41,662 nucleotides of DNA from Craspedostauros australis (Eukaryota), in NCBI GenBank assembly GCA_030167865.1, contig JALAGF010005827.1, positions 1-41,662 of the forward strand, given 5' to 3'. The notes under the pieces are model-generated. The model saw only the letters and a list, made by a program, of their open reading frames with translations. It made no database searches and was not told the DNA's origin. Positions 32,947 to 41,662 of the stretch are shown piece after piece. A program made the position numbers and the translations under genes. The number at the start of each line of letters is the position of its first letter. Within the stretch, counting starts at the first letter, position 1.

Positions 32947-34452
32947 TTACACGCACGACGTCTGTACCGACGACGTGTGCATACTGCCATGACGCCGATG
33001 CCTGAGTATCTGCTCCCGCAACTCCGGCACCTTGGACACGACGTGCTCATCGTAATCCCTGGTCTCGTAATCCATGTGCACGAAACATCGCTCGACCTCT
33101 TCGCGGCCTTCGATCTCGTACTGCAGCTCCATGCCTAGATCATGCGATTCCTCGAGCAGGGTATGCCGCGGCAGAACGACCTCGAGCTCGACGAGGAACT
33201 TGGGTCCGAAATGGTAGGCCCGGATCGTGTCGACGACGAGGATGCGCTCATCGAAGTGCTCGGCCAGTTCGAGGAGCTCCTCGATGAATTCCTGCGGCGC
33301 CGACTTGCCCGTGAGCTGCTCGATCTGTTCCTTGCCCGTCTCGTACCAGCTGTAGATGATGTAGAAGGAGATGACGATGGCGCCGAAGGGATCGATCCAC
33401 CAGAGGGACGGCGAGTAGAGGGCCAGCAGCAGCGCGACGACGGCGACGCTGTTGCTGAGGGCGTCGTTCCAGTGATCCTGCGCCAGGGCCTCGAGGGTGG
33501 GATCGGCCGATTGCAGTCCGGCGCGGCTGCTGAAGTTGATGGGCGCGCCGTTGGAGTTGGCGGGCGCCGCGTTGGCATGGGCGTTGCCGGAGACGGCGTG
33601 GTTGGTGGTGTAGCTGGTGATGGTGCTGCCTCCGACCGACGCGGCGTCGTTGGCAGCATCGCGCAGGATGGCCTGGTGGCGCTTGCGATGCCTTTGCAGG
33701 GAGGCCTGCTGACACAGGACGAGGAGGGCCATCTTGACGAGGACGATGGCGGACATGCTCCACACGGACACGATCTCCTGATGCCACGAGAGGTCCTCGA
33801 GGGTGTCGGTGCGGTAGATGAGGGTGGTGCAGGACTCCTTGAGGACCTCGAAGGAGGCCATACCCATGAGGGCGGCGCAGGTGAGGACGCCGATGGGCTC
33901 CAACCGCGAGGCGCCGGCGGGATAGAAGGCCGAGGATCGCTGCAGCGAGGAGTGCTTCTCCGTGTAGTTGAGGACGACCTGGCTGACGACGTCCAGCACG
34001 CTGTCGAGCAGGGCGGCCAGCACGGACAGCGACAGCGTGCGCACGTAGGCCACCAGCTTGATCATGGTGATGCAGAGGTTGCAGTAGAGGCTGAGTTCCA
34101 GGGCCACGCGGCGCAGCGTCCAGGGTTCGCTGGGCTTGCCGTCCTTGCCGGAGTGCACGGAGCTCACAGTGAAGTCGTCGCCCGACATGCTCTTGGAGAA
34201 GTTCAGCATGGCGTTGTTGAGGTTGATCTTGTTTCCGTTGTTGTAGCCTTTGCTATTGCTGTAGCCGTTGCTATTGGCATTGTTGTTGGCATGGATGTCG
34301 GTGCCATCCACATTGCGACCAGCGCTGCCCATGCCAGGGAGGCTGATGCCCTGGAGACTGCCATTGTCATGAGATCTCATGAGACGAGGCTCCATGGAGG
34401 CCGCTGCCAGCAGAGACGACTTCTCATCGTTGTGTGGGGATGAAGATGGCAT
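32947..34452 (-). CDS. Cation diffusion facilitator, Mn-CDF/MTP8-11-like metal tolerance protein
   Basis: SLSVLAALLDSVLDVV (TM2 DxxxD), YPAGASRLEPIG, AQDHWND (TM5 DxxxD), WIDPFGAIVIS, LTGKSAP, IRAYHFG..FLVELEVVLP, ESHDLG..LQYEIE, VERCFVHMDYE. Likely start MPSSSPH (34452). Confidence 0.93.
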   Translation of the reverse strand: MPSSSPHNDEKSSLLAAASMEPRLMRSHDNGSLQGISLPGMGSAGRNVDGTDIHANNNANSNGYSNSKGYNNGNKINLNNAMLNFSKSMSGDDFTVSSVHSGKDGKPSEPWTLRRVALELSLYCNLCITMIKLVAYVRTLSLSVLAALLDSVLDVVSQVVLNYTEKHSSLQRSSAFYPAGASRLEPIGVLTCAALMGMASFEVLKESCTTLIYRTDTLEDLSWHQEIVSVWSMSAIVLVKMALLVLCQQASLQRHRKRHQAILRDAANDAASVGGSTITSYTTNHAVSGNAHANAAPANSNGAPINFSSRAGLQSADPTLEALAQDHWNDALSNSVAVVALLLALYSPSLWWIDPFGAIVISFYIIYSWYETGKEQIEQLTGKSAPQEFIEELLELAEHFDERILVVDTIRAYHFGPKFLVELEVVLPRHTLLEESHDLGMELQYEIEGREEVERCFVHMDYETRDYDEHVVSKVPELREQILRHRRHGSMHTSSVQTSCV

Positions 34453-34956
34453 GTCTATCGACTGATGGGTGCTCTTCGCTCTGTTGCCTTCCTCTTCGCA
34501 AGTTTGGTTCGGATTCAACCTGATGACGAGAAATGAGTGTGATACACGTAATCTCCCTCCAATTGAACTCAAGTCAACTCAGTTCTGCTCAATTGAACTC
34601 AACCCAATTCTGTGCGATGTGATGTGATGATACGCAATGGTTGAATGCAATTCAATTCCTCACATGCATCTCTTGTTCTTCACGTTGTTGCGCGCTTTTT
34701 GAATGGATGCGATGTGTCACGAATCTCTGACGTCTCCCTTTCGATGCCACATCGGAACATTACAGCAGTCCACTGAGTCGACTATCACAAACTACACTCT
34801 CACGTATTGCACGCTACAGCATGGCTGTACTCCCTATGGTACTCTACGACCGGATATCGTCCTCTAATTAATCGTTCACATAGGTAACACTACTGTGACA
34901 ACATCTCGCCACCATCTAATCCCCCTGCTATATATGGCACTGCAACAAACGGCACG

Positions 34957-36456
34957 CTACTCCAAAGTACTAAAGAGCGACACCCAGTCGGCAAGTTCTG
35001 GCCCCATATGCAGATCGCCGATACGATCCTGAGGCAGATGGGGAAGGAACTCATCATCCCATTCCGTCAACGGGATGGGGTTCAGATTGTCATCGTTGTC
35101 GCACACGCGCTGCTTCTTGCCCGTCTCGCAATCGAAATCCGGATCGATGATGAGATTGTCCAACGCCACCAGATCATCATCATCATCCCAACTATGCCGC
35201 CCCCGCTTCTGCGCCTTATCACGTTGCAGATGATAGCGATGATGCTGCTTGGATCCCAACCGCCCGTCGAGCGGAATGAACTCGAAATGCATCCACGATT
35301 CGTCGATATGCTCGGACATGACCCAGAAGTAGGTATCGGCCCGCACGACCTCGTTGCTCTCGGCCAACGTGAGATTGACATCGGGTATGCGCACGAATTT
35401 GGGTTGCGAATGAGGATACCGCCACGACTGCATGATCTGGAACGTCGCCAGCGCCATCTTCTTGCGCACGACGTCGTCGCCGAACAGAATATCCTTGAGT
35501 TCGACGCGCTGCTCGTTATGCAGCTTATCGAATTTGTGCCACGGCATGACATACTTTTCGAACTGCGGCGACAGGTAGACGCTGACAACGCCGCACAGAT
35601 TGCGGCGCACGGCGATGCAGCGATTACCGACGCCGGTCTCGTCCATCATGTTAAGGGTCTCGCGGTAGCGCAGCGGGATCTGATCGAGATGGACACGTCG
35701 TTTCATGCGGGGTTGCTGCGCCAGCGGCGTGGCGAAGGCGGAGCCGGCCTCTTGCATCGCCTCTTTCGCGATGCGTCGCATTTGTTCGGGGATCACGGGG
35801 GCAAGATGATGCAACGACATGAGTTCGTCCATGCTGATGTCGACCTTCGTGGCCAGCTGCGACGCCTTGGCCATCATGGGGAAGGATCGTTGGCGGATGG
35901 CCATGAAGAGCCAGGAGCGCAGCACGTGGTGCAGACCGAAATGGTCCTTGCTGATGCCGCGCGGGATGGTGTGGACGACCTCCGTTTCGATGGGGCATGG
36001 TGGTTGGGACGGATCGAAATCGTCATCGTCGTCGTCGTCCTGCGTCTGCGATATCGTCTGCAACGCCATCTTGACCATCATGCGTTTCATGTACTCGGGA
36101 TCCGGCAGCGACTTGTTCTTGTTATTGCCATTGACCGGCTGCGGCCTGTCCAACTGCGAGATCACGTCCGATTGATACGGCAGCGGCCGCACTGTTGGCG
36201 ACGCCGTTGGAAGGTCGGCCTGCACACCGATCTCGCACGTGACGCACACAGCCACGTCCTCCGAAGCCTGCGTCGATGTCGATGGTGACGACGCCCGTTC
36301 GCCTTCCGGCTTGCGCCTGGGGTTGGATCGTCCCTTGCCTTGGCGTGAGACGTGGGGCACGCATTCCAGCTTCAGCCGCGCGCAGCGCTTGCAGGGGAAG
36401 CCGCATTCGTTGTCGCATTTGACTTTGGCCTTGTGGCATCTTGTGCATGAACCCAT
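34957..36456 (-). CDS. Zn(II)2Cys6 transcription factor, 499 aa; paralog of 8255-9880
   Basis: CTRCHKAKVKCDNECGFPCKRCARLKLEC (same Cys spacing). Shares HxSRQGxG, HFGL...W..A...RS, ISMD and SPQFE blocks with the first paralog. Confidence 0.9.
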   Translation of the reverse strand: MGSCTRCHKAKVKCDNECGFPCKRCARLKLECVPHVSRQGKGRSNPRRKPEGERASSPSTSTQASEDVAVCVTCEIGVQADLPTASPTVRPLPYQSDVISQLDRPQPVNGNNKNKSLPDPEYMKRMMVKMALQTISQTQDDDDDDDFDPSQPPCPIETEVVHTIPRGISKDHFGLHHVLRSWLFMAIRQRSFPMMAKASQLATKVDISMDELMSLHHLAPVIPEQMRRIAKEAMQEAGSAFATPLAQQPRMKRRVHLDQIPLRYRETLNMMDETGVGNRCIAVRRNLCGVVSVYLSPQFEKYVMPWHKFDKLHNEQRVELKDILFGDDVVRKKMALATFQIMQSWRYPHSQPKFVRIPDVNLTLAESNEVVRADTYFWVMSEHIDESWMHFEFIPLDGRLGSKQHHRYHLQRDKAQKRGRHSWDDDDDLVALDNLIIDPDFDCETGKKQRVCDNDDNLNPIPLTEWDDEFLPHLPQDRIGDLHMGPELADWVSLFSTLE

Positions 36457-36740
36457 GTTGGTTGAGTTTAGTTGGCGTTACTTTTAGTTGATCGGCTTCC
36501 TGTTTTATGATGAGAGGGTAGGAGATGGGAGCCTTGGCCTTCGCCGTTGACTTCTCAGCAGGCAGTTGCTGTCTGGAGTATGGCTACTATGCGAGGACAC
36601 GTGTGAGATGAATTGTGATGTTGTGGAGTATTGGATTCTCATACAGCAGAGATACGTATGAGATGGAGTTGTAGAAGAAGAAACCGACTGGGGCAGATGT
36701 GTTGTCGCGCGATGCGATGTGATGTGATGTGGTCATGTGA

Positions 36741-36767
36741 TCTTGTCTTGTCTTGTCTTGTCTTGTC
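36741..36767. repeat. (TCTTG)n pentanucleotide microsatellite
   Basis: tcttgtcttgtcttgtcttgtcttgtc. Confidence 0.85.
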
Positions 36768-37433
36768 TGTGAGAAATCTGTACACGACTTAAGCGCGTAG
36801 CGGTTCACAGCGCCTTGCAGTGGAAACCGTGCATTTGTTTGAGGCTCTTTCTCGGTCTTTGTGTTCGTGACTGACATGTCTGCTGTGCCAACAAATGCGA
36901 ATAGCTCGTCGCCAAGCGTTGCGCCGAAGGCAGTCCGTAAGAGGTGGGAGGCTGTGTTCTGTCAGCGTTCTCTGGAGTTCTTCCTCCACCATCATGCGCA
37001 ACTGTGCCGAAAGCAGAAGAAGTGGAACTTCTGTCCCCCAAAGGCCTCATACGTGTTCTCTGTGCAACACCAAATACTACATGCACAAATCGACCACCAC
37101 AAATACATTCAACTTTACGCTCACAGGAGACAGAGTAGCATAGTACCCTCATTCATCCACGCTACGCTATTGCTCTCTCTCTCTGTTCAAGAGCTCGACA
37201 CCCACTCTGCATACATGCTTCGTGAATGTTCATGAATTGTCTTCAACCATGCATCATCCCAAACATGCTTGCAGAGCGCCTCCACCGATGTCATGTGATG
37301 ATCAAATTAGTTCATGACCATTCTCCAAAATCATACTAGTGTGATGCATCGCATGCTACGCGTGTGTGGGACACCAAGTGGACTCTATTCGCTTCGTTGA
37401 TGCATGCATGTTGACTTTCTGATCGTCTGCCCT

Positions 37434-39038
37434 TCATGACAGTTCAATCTCAGATCCCGGCGTCGACGTCCCATCATCATCTTCGTAATCATCATGATCC
37501 CGGTTGTACGTATCGACGGTGTGATAATCCCTGCGCCGCCGACGCCGCCGCACGCGGAGACGCAGCTGCCAGGCCAGGATGCTGACGAGGAGGTAAATAC
37601 CGGCGAACATACCCGCCAGGAACACGATGATCTGGTGCATGGCGAGCGTCGGCGATGTGCCTTGATGCGTGGGAATGCTGATGTAGGTCGTGATCAGCAT
37701 GTGGTCGCTCATACCGTGTTCGGCAACGGAGTTGGGGATCAGCGTGCCGTCGTGGTACACGCCCGGCGTCGCGGATGGAGGCAGGGCGGGTGTTTCCGTT
37801 GCTATCGCGTCTTCCATTCTCCTTGGCATCTCATCCAGCATCCTCGTTGGATCCGGGTATCGGTATTGAAATGTCCCTGTCAGCTTGCCACCAACTCCCT
37901 TCGGCATGAACCCCGTCGTCTCTCGTTTCGTCGTGACGAGGTCTTCCATCGCATTGTGTCCATCGTCTGCGCTCGTTTCATCGTCCATCGATCCATGCGA
38001 TGCACCAAAATCACCACTTGATCCATCCATCGACGTCGACTGATCCGCGGTCTCATCCACGATGAGCCACTTCTTCGACCACAGTATGCACCCGTCGTAC
38101 TGCGCCACGAACCCCGATTCATGGTTCGTGGAGAAGGCGGAATCGCCTTGTGCACCATCCTGCGGCAACAGCCCGACCGTCACGTCGTAGCCGTCCGCGT
38201 GAGGCGATTCCTGGATCGCGGCCGCCACCACCGACAGCTCGACGTTCCAATCACCGCAGATGAGAAAATTGATGCCGGTCCGGGCTGGGGAGATCTGCTG
38301 CGCGATGGCCAGCACTTCGCGCATCATGTTCTGCAGGACGACGGGACGCGTCTCATCGTCGCGCATGCTGCCGGCTTTGGCGTGGATGCTGGCCGCGATG
38401 AGGATGCTGCTGTCGTAGACCCAGAACGACGCCACGCAGCCCGGGATGTCCTGATTGGCGAACGCCATGGAGTTGATCCAATGCAGTTTGGCGCCCTTGC
38501 TCCAGATCCTCTGGATGGACGGCTCGAACTGCGTTCCGTCGGGCGGAGCCGCCGTGCCGATGGTGCGATGCCCGCAATCGATGAATCGCGATGCCGGCAA
38601 GGGGACGCCTCGCGGCATGTCCCACGACATGTTGGGAGTGATCTCCTGCACGAAGAGCAGATCGTACTGATCGATGACGCGCGGCATCGACGGCGATCGC
38701 TGCGGCGTCACGCGATGCTCGGCAGCATCCTGCGACAGAAAGCTCTCTATCCTGCGATATCGCTCGTACGACAGTTCGTTCTGCACGCGGTCTTTCTCTG
38801 TTCTGGGGCATGCGTGTTGATCGCCGTCTTCGTCTTCGTCGCCACCGTTGATGCCATCGTTGCTGCCATCGTTGCTGCCGCTATCGCCGTCTCTGGCAAC
38901 GCAGCCCTTTGGCTTGAGCCGTTCATCCCTGCGTTCGATCTCCAAGGGACATCCCCAATCATTGGACCATGCTCCGCCTTCTCCCGCCTCCAACGTGTTC
39001 CACGTTCCCACGACAAGATCAATCACCCCTTGTGTCAT
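37434..39038 (-). CDS. Endonuclease/exonuclease/phosphatase (EEP, DNase I-like) superfamily protein with C-terminal transmembrane helix
   Basis: Ordered EEP motifs GTWN, DLLFVQE, SIH, LICGDWN, QYDGCI, SDH. TM helix IIVFLAGMFAGIYLLVSILAWQL followed by RLRVRRRRRRR. Confidence 0.82.
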   Translation of the reverse strand: MTQGVIDLVVGTWNTLEAGEGGAWSNDWGCPLEIERRDERLKPKGCVARDGDSGSNDGSNDGINGGDEDEDGDQHACPRTEKDRVQNELSYERYRRIESFLSQDAAEHRVTPQRSPSMPRVIDQYDLLFVQEITPNMSWDMPRGVPLPASRFIDCGHRTIGTAAPPDGTQFEPSIQRIWSKGAKLHWINSMAFANQDIPGCVASFWVYDSSILIAASIHAKAGSMRDDETRPVVLQNMMREVLAIAQQISPARTGINFLICGDWNVELSVVAAAIQESPHADGYDVTVGLLPQDGAQGDSAFSTNHESGFVAQYDGCILWSKKWLIVDETADQSTSMDGSSGDFGASHGSMDDETSADDGHNAMEDLVTTKRETTGFMPKGVGGKLTGTFQYRYPDPTRMLDEMPRRMEDAIATETPALPPSATPGVYHDGTLIPNSVAEHGMSDHMLITTYISIPTHQGTSPTLAMHQIIVFLAGMFAGIYLLVSILAWQLRLRVRRRRRRRDYHTVDTYNRDHDDYEDDDGTSTPGSEIELS

Positions 39039-39645
39039 CGTTGCTCTTCGATGCGATCGTACTATATGATATAATATTATATGATAATAGATATTCTTTA
39101 TGATCCTCCTTTAGAGATGGTGGTATTGTTATCTTTGCTTGCGTCCTCTGTATCCTTTGTTGTGACTCGTGCTTCCAGCTGTGCCTCTTGTGATCATTGC
39201 TCCCATGGCAGCTTCTTTCGCTCCGCATCTCCCTGTTGTGGTGTTGAAACAACAGATTCAGCACAATTCCGTCGGTTTCGTCTCAGTGTGTCCCTAAATC
39301 GATGCCTGATGAGGGCCGGTTGTGGTATCCTCAGATTGTTCGTTCCATTAGTCTTGTCCGAATGTGGTACGGCAAACAAGTCGACTCGAACGATTCAACC
39401 ACCTCCATTTGCATCACGCGATGCCACGCGAGACCTGGCTTCCTTGACTGTGCCTCGATGTGGAAACGCTTGTGGAACCGCAACAGGAAATGCCGTACAA
39501 CTACTCGTACCATGCATCCTGAAGGCATGAGTACAGGCAGAGTACATGCAGAGTGGAATGGAGTAGAGTGATACAAATTGATTCTGTTGATTACAATACA
39601 TGGGATCGAACAGTGTCCGTGCACGAATACCACGTATGGTGAAAG

Positions 39646-40638
39646 TCACAATTGCGTCCATCGGCAGCGCTTTGTGCCTTGCGTGGATGACGAGGTTACC
39701 GAGCTGGTTGTGGATCGTCGATGAGCGGAAGGATGCCTTCGGATCATATCGGACAGTGAAGGCACGCTGTGCGATCGGGGGATGCAATCGCCGCCGTGCT
39801 CCAGCGATGCCTCATTCCCGACGATTTCCATGGATAGCGATGACGATGATAGCGAGAGAGCTTCGAGGAAGGGAGGCGGGACTGGCATCGGCGATCGTGG
39901 AGAGTGTGCGGGGTTCTTGTCACCCTTTGCGCTGTTGTTACTCTTGCTGTTGTTGGAGGGGCTGCGGTCGCTCCCCTTCCACCGCTGCTCATTCATGCGT
40001 TGATCGATGGCAGTGCTTCTGCGTGCTTGGGCTGACCAATGATGGTAACGGTAATCCACGCCGGATCCAGCATCGCCATCGCCGTTGTCGTTACATTCTC
40101 GGTTGCAATGATTGTTTGTTGTGCGATTATCCTGTCCACGTTCTATGCATCTGCCTCGCCGTCTCTGTCTCCGTCTTTGCTTTCTCCGCATGCGCTTCTC
40201 GAGCCTCTCGAGTTCTCGTGCGTCGTCGTCATCGTAGGTATCGTCATCATCATCATTCCCGTTGCTGCTGGATGAAAAGGCCATGTGCGTGGCGTGCTTT
40301 CTACGTACGAAATGTGGCGATTCCGTTCGGATGGGTAGCAACGGGGCATTCCTGCTGCGTTCCTGCAGCTGCATCGCTTCGAGGCTTGCGGACATGCTAC
40401 CATCGCTGCTCTCGTCGCAACTGCAGTGGAAGAGGCCGATAGATCGCGCAGGGTCGCTGACGAGGTTGACCTGGGCACGATTGGTATGATCACCTTCAGC
40501 CTCGTCTTGGCTGGGAAAACAACCATGCTCGATTGGTACACTTCCATCGATCTTCGCATCCAGCAACGATCGCAGGAACGATGCCAACGGCTGCGTTCCG
40601 ATTTGCAGATCGTGGGCGTCGTCGTCGTTGGAGCTCAT
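39646..40638 (-). CDS. Hypothetical disordered protein sharing motif architecture with 21020-22195
   Basis: Likely start MSSNDDDAHDLQIG; motifs LASFLRSLL, VNLVSDPARS, PLLPIRTES, EQRWKGS, acidic and Arg-rich tracts. The ORF is open to 40920. Confidence 0.6.
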   Translation of the reverse strand: MSSNDDDAHDLQIGTQPLASFLRSLLDAKIDGSVPIEHGCFPSQDEAEGDHTNRAQVNLVSDPARSIGLFHCSCDESSDGSMSASLEAMQLQERSRNAPLLPIRTESPHFVRRKHATHMAFSSSSNGNDDDDDTYDDDDARELERLEKRMRRKQRRRQRRRGRCIERGQDNRTTNNHCNRECNDNGDGDAGSGVDYRYHHWSAQARRSTAIDQRMNEQRWKGSDRSPSNNSKSNNSAKGDKNPAHSPRSPMPVPPPFLEALSLSSSSLSMEIVGNEASLEHGGDCIPRSHSVPSLSDMIRRHPSAHRRSTTSSVTSSSTQGTKRCRWTQL

Positions 40639-41662
40639 TGTAGTGGTCGACACAGTGATCTGATTCCTCAAGAAGGTGTCACCGTCAACAACCATTCTCC
40701 AACTATCCTCTCCTGTGTATGGTGTGATGCTTGTGGGTATGCGAAGATGGGATGGTCGATTCGAGTCGAGTAGAGTCGAGTGTACGTATTGTGCTGTGAG
40801 TATATTGACTATGGTATGGCACTCGTTTGCAAATACTCGTCGAGTAATCGTACGTGTTGGCTCGTGGGACGTTGGAGCCAAAAGTTTGTGTTTGTGGAAT
40901 TGTGAGAAAAGGAGAGCCAAGAGGAAAGCAGAAAGTGTCGCCTTGTCTTATGTTGCCCGCCCGCGTGGTGTCCCTCTCTCTCTCTCTCTCTCTGGATGGG
41001 GCTTGGGGCAGCAGCCACGACCGGATCAGAGTGAAGGGAGACGTCCGTTATCAGCCAGTCATCAATCCCATGATGGTGAGTCATCCACTGCCACACACCA
41101 AACCGAAAGGCAGCGATACAAACGGAGGTCGCAAACACCACATGTGAGAAGGAACGGGTATTTTAGTAGGGCAGCTCGTGGGACAGCACTGCTGGATCCC
41201 GTTGTGCGGTCTGCAACTGCGTGTCACGACAAAGGTAGATTTTGGAACTATCGCAATGTTCCGAAACGCACAGTGTCGGATTGATTTGGCTGTCGTGTTG
41301 TGCGAAAAGCAAAAGCGTTGCTCTCGGAAGGCACACACAAGCTCCAATGTGAGCAGAAGAATCCGACTTATTTTGTGAGCGGACGCGCAACAGAACTTAT
41401 TGGTTTCTTTGATTGGGCCTATTCGTCTTTGTCAATGGGTTTGCAATGGCTTAATCGACGTTGCATTTCGCTCACAGAAGATGCTTCTTTGTTCCGGGAG
41501 TTGTCGGAAAAGGAGAAAAGCTTACTTTTTATGTCGGAATTGGCAAGACTAAGTACTTGATTAGACATAAATATGTGGTTTGCACCCATCATGGTACTTT
41601 GTTTGTTCCTACTACTATTGAGTACTTAGTTAGTTCTCTCCTTTGTGTTTCTGTTTCTGTTG

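Noticed and set aside
16383..39074. Long antisense ORFs (16383..17648, 29554..30765, 31640..32695, 33142..34443, 35008..36288, 38121..39074)
   Set aside because: Each mirrors a well-supported gene on the other strand; C/G-rich third positions suppress antisense stops, and they show no motifs.
1070..41447. 13-bp match ATGGGTTTGCAAT at 1070-1082 and 41435-41447, suggesting related terminal repeats
   Set aside because: Several 13-mer matches are expected by chance in 41.6 kb, and the flanks do not extend the alignment.
1..41662. CRISPR arrays, rRNA, tRNA, prokaryotic operon or defence systems
   Set aside because: No repeat-spacer arrays or recognisable structural RNA genes were seen, and gene structure is eukaryotic.

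Overview
Compact eukaryotic nuclear DNA, most consistent with a diatom (stramenopile). The evidence is mostly intron-poor genes, two GT-AG introns, a bipartite plastid-targeting presequence, microsatellite-rich intergenic DNA and diatom-type gene families. Recognisable genes: an RNI/LRR-like protein, a signal-peptide SET-like protein ending in GDEL, two divergent paralogous Zn(II)2Cys6 transcription factors (8255-9880 +, 34957-36456 -), a CPA1 Na+/H+ exchanger (1 intron), a plastid-targeted glutaredoxin with an atypical SPSC site, a membrane-anchored PhoD-like phosphatase, a globin with a B12.2 intron, TRM61, RIO2, a Mn-type CDF transporter, a membrane-anchored EEP-superfamily hydrolase and three low-complexity proteins. 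A 5'-truncated non-LTR retrotransposon (22594-24660, -) is bounded by a perfect 19-bp target-site duplication and keeps an open RNase H/zinc-knuckle frame. That frame gains an in-frame ATG from the TSD and is followed by a 36-bp hairpin starting at its stop codon. The window also begins inside a probable transposon ORF absent from the ORF track and holds a decayed paralog of the LRR-like gene. All calls come from motif recognition by eye; no searches were run.
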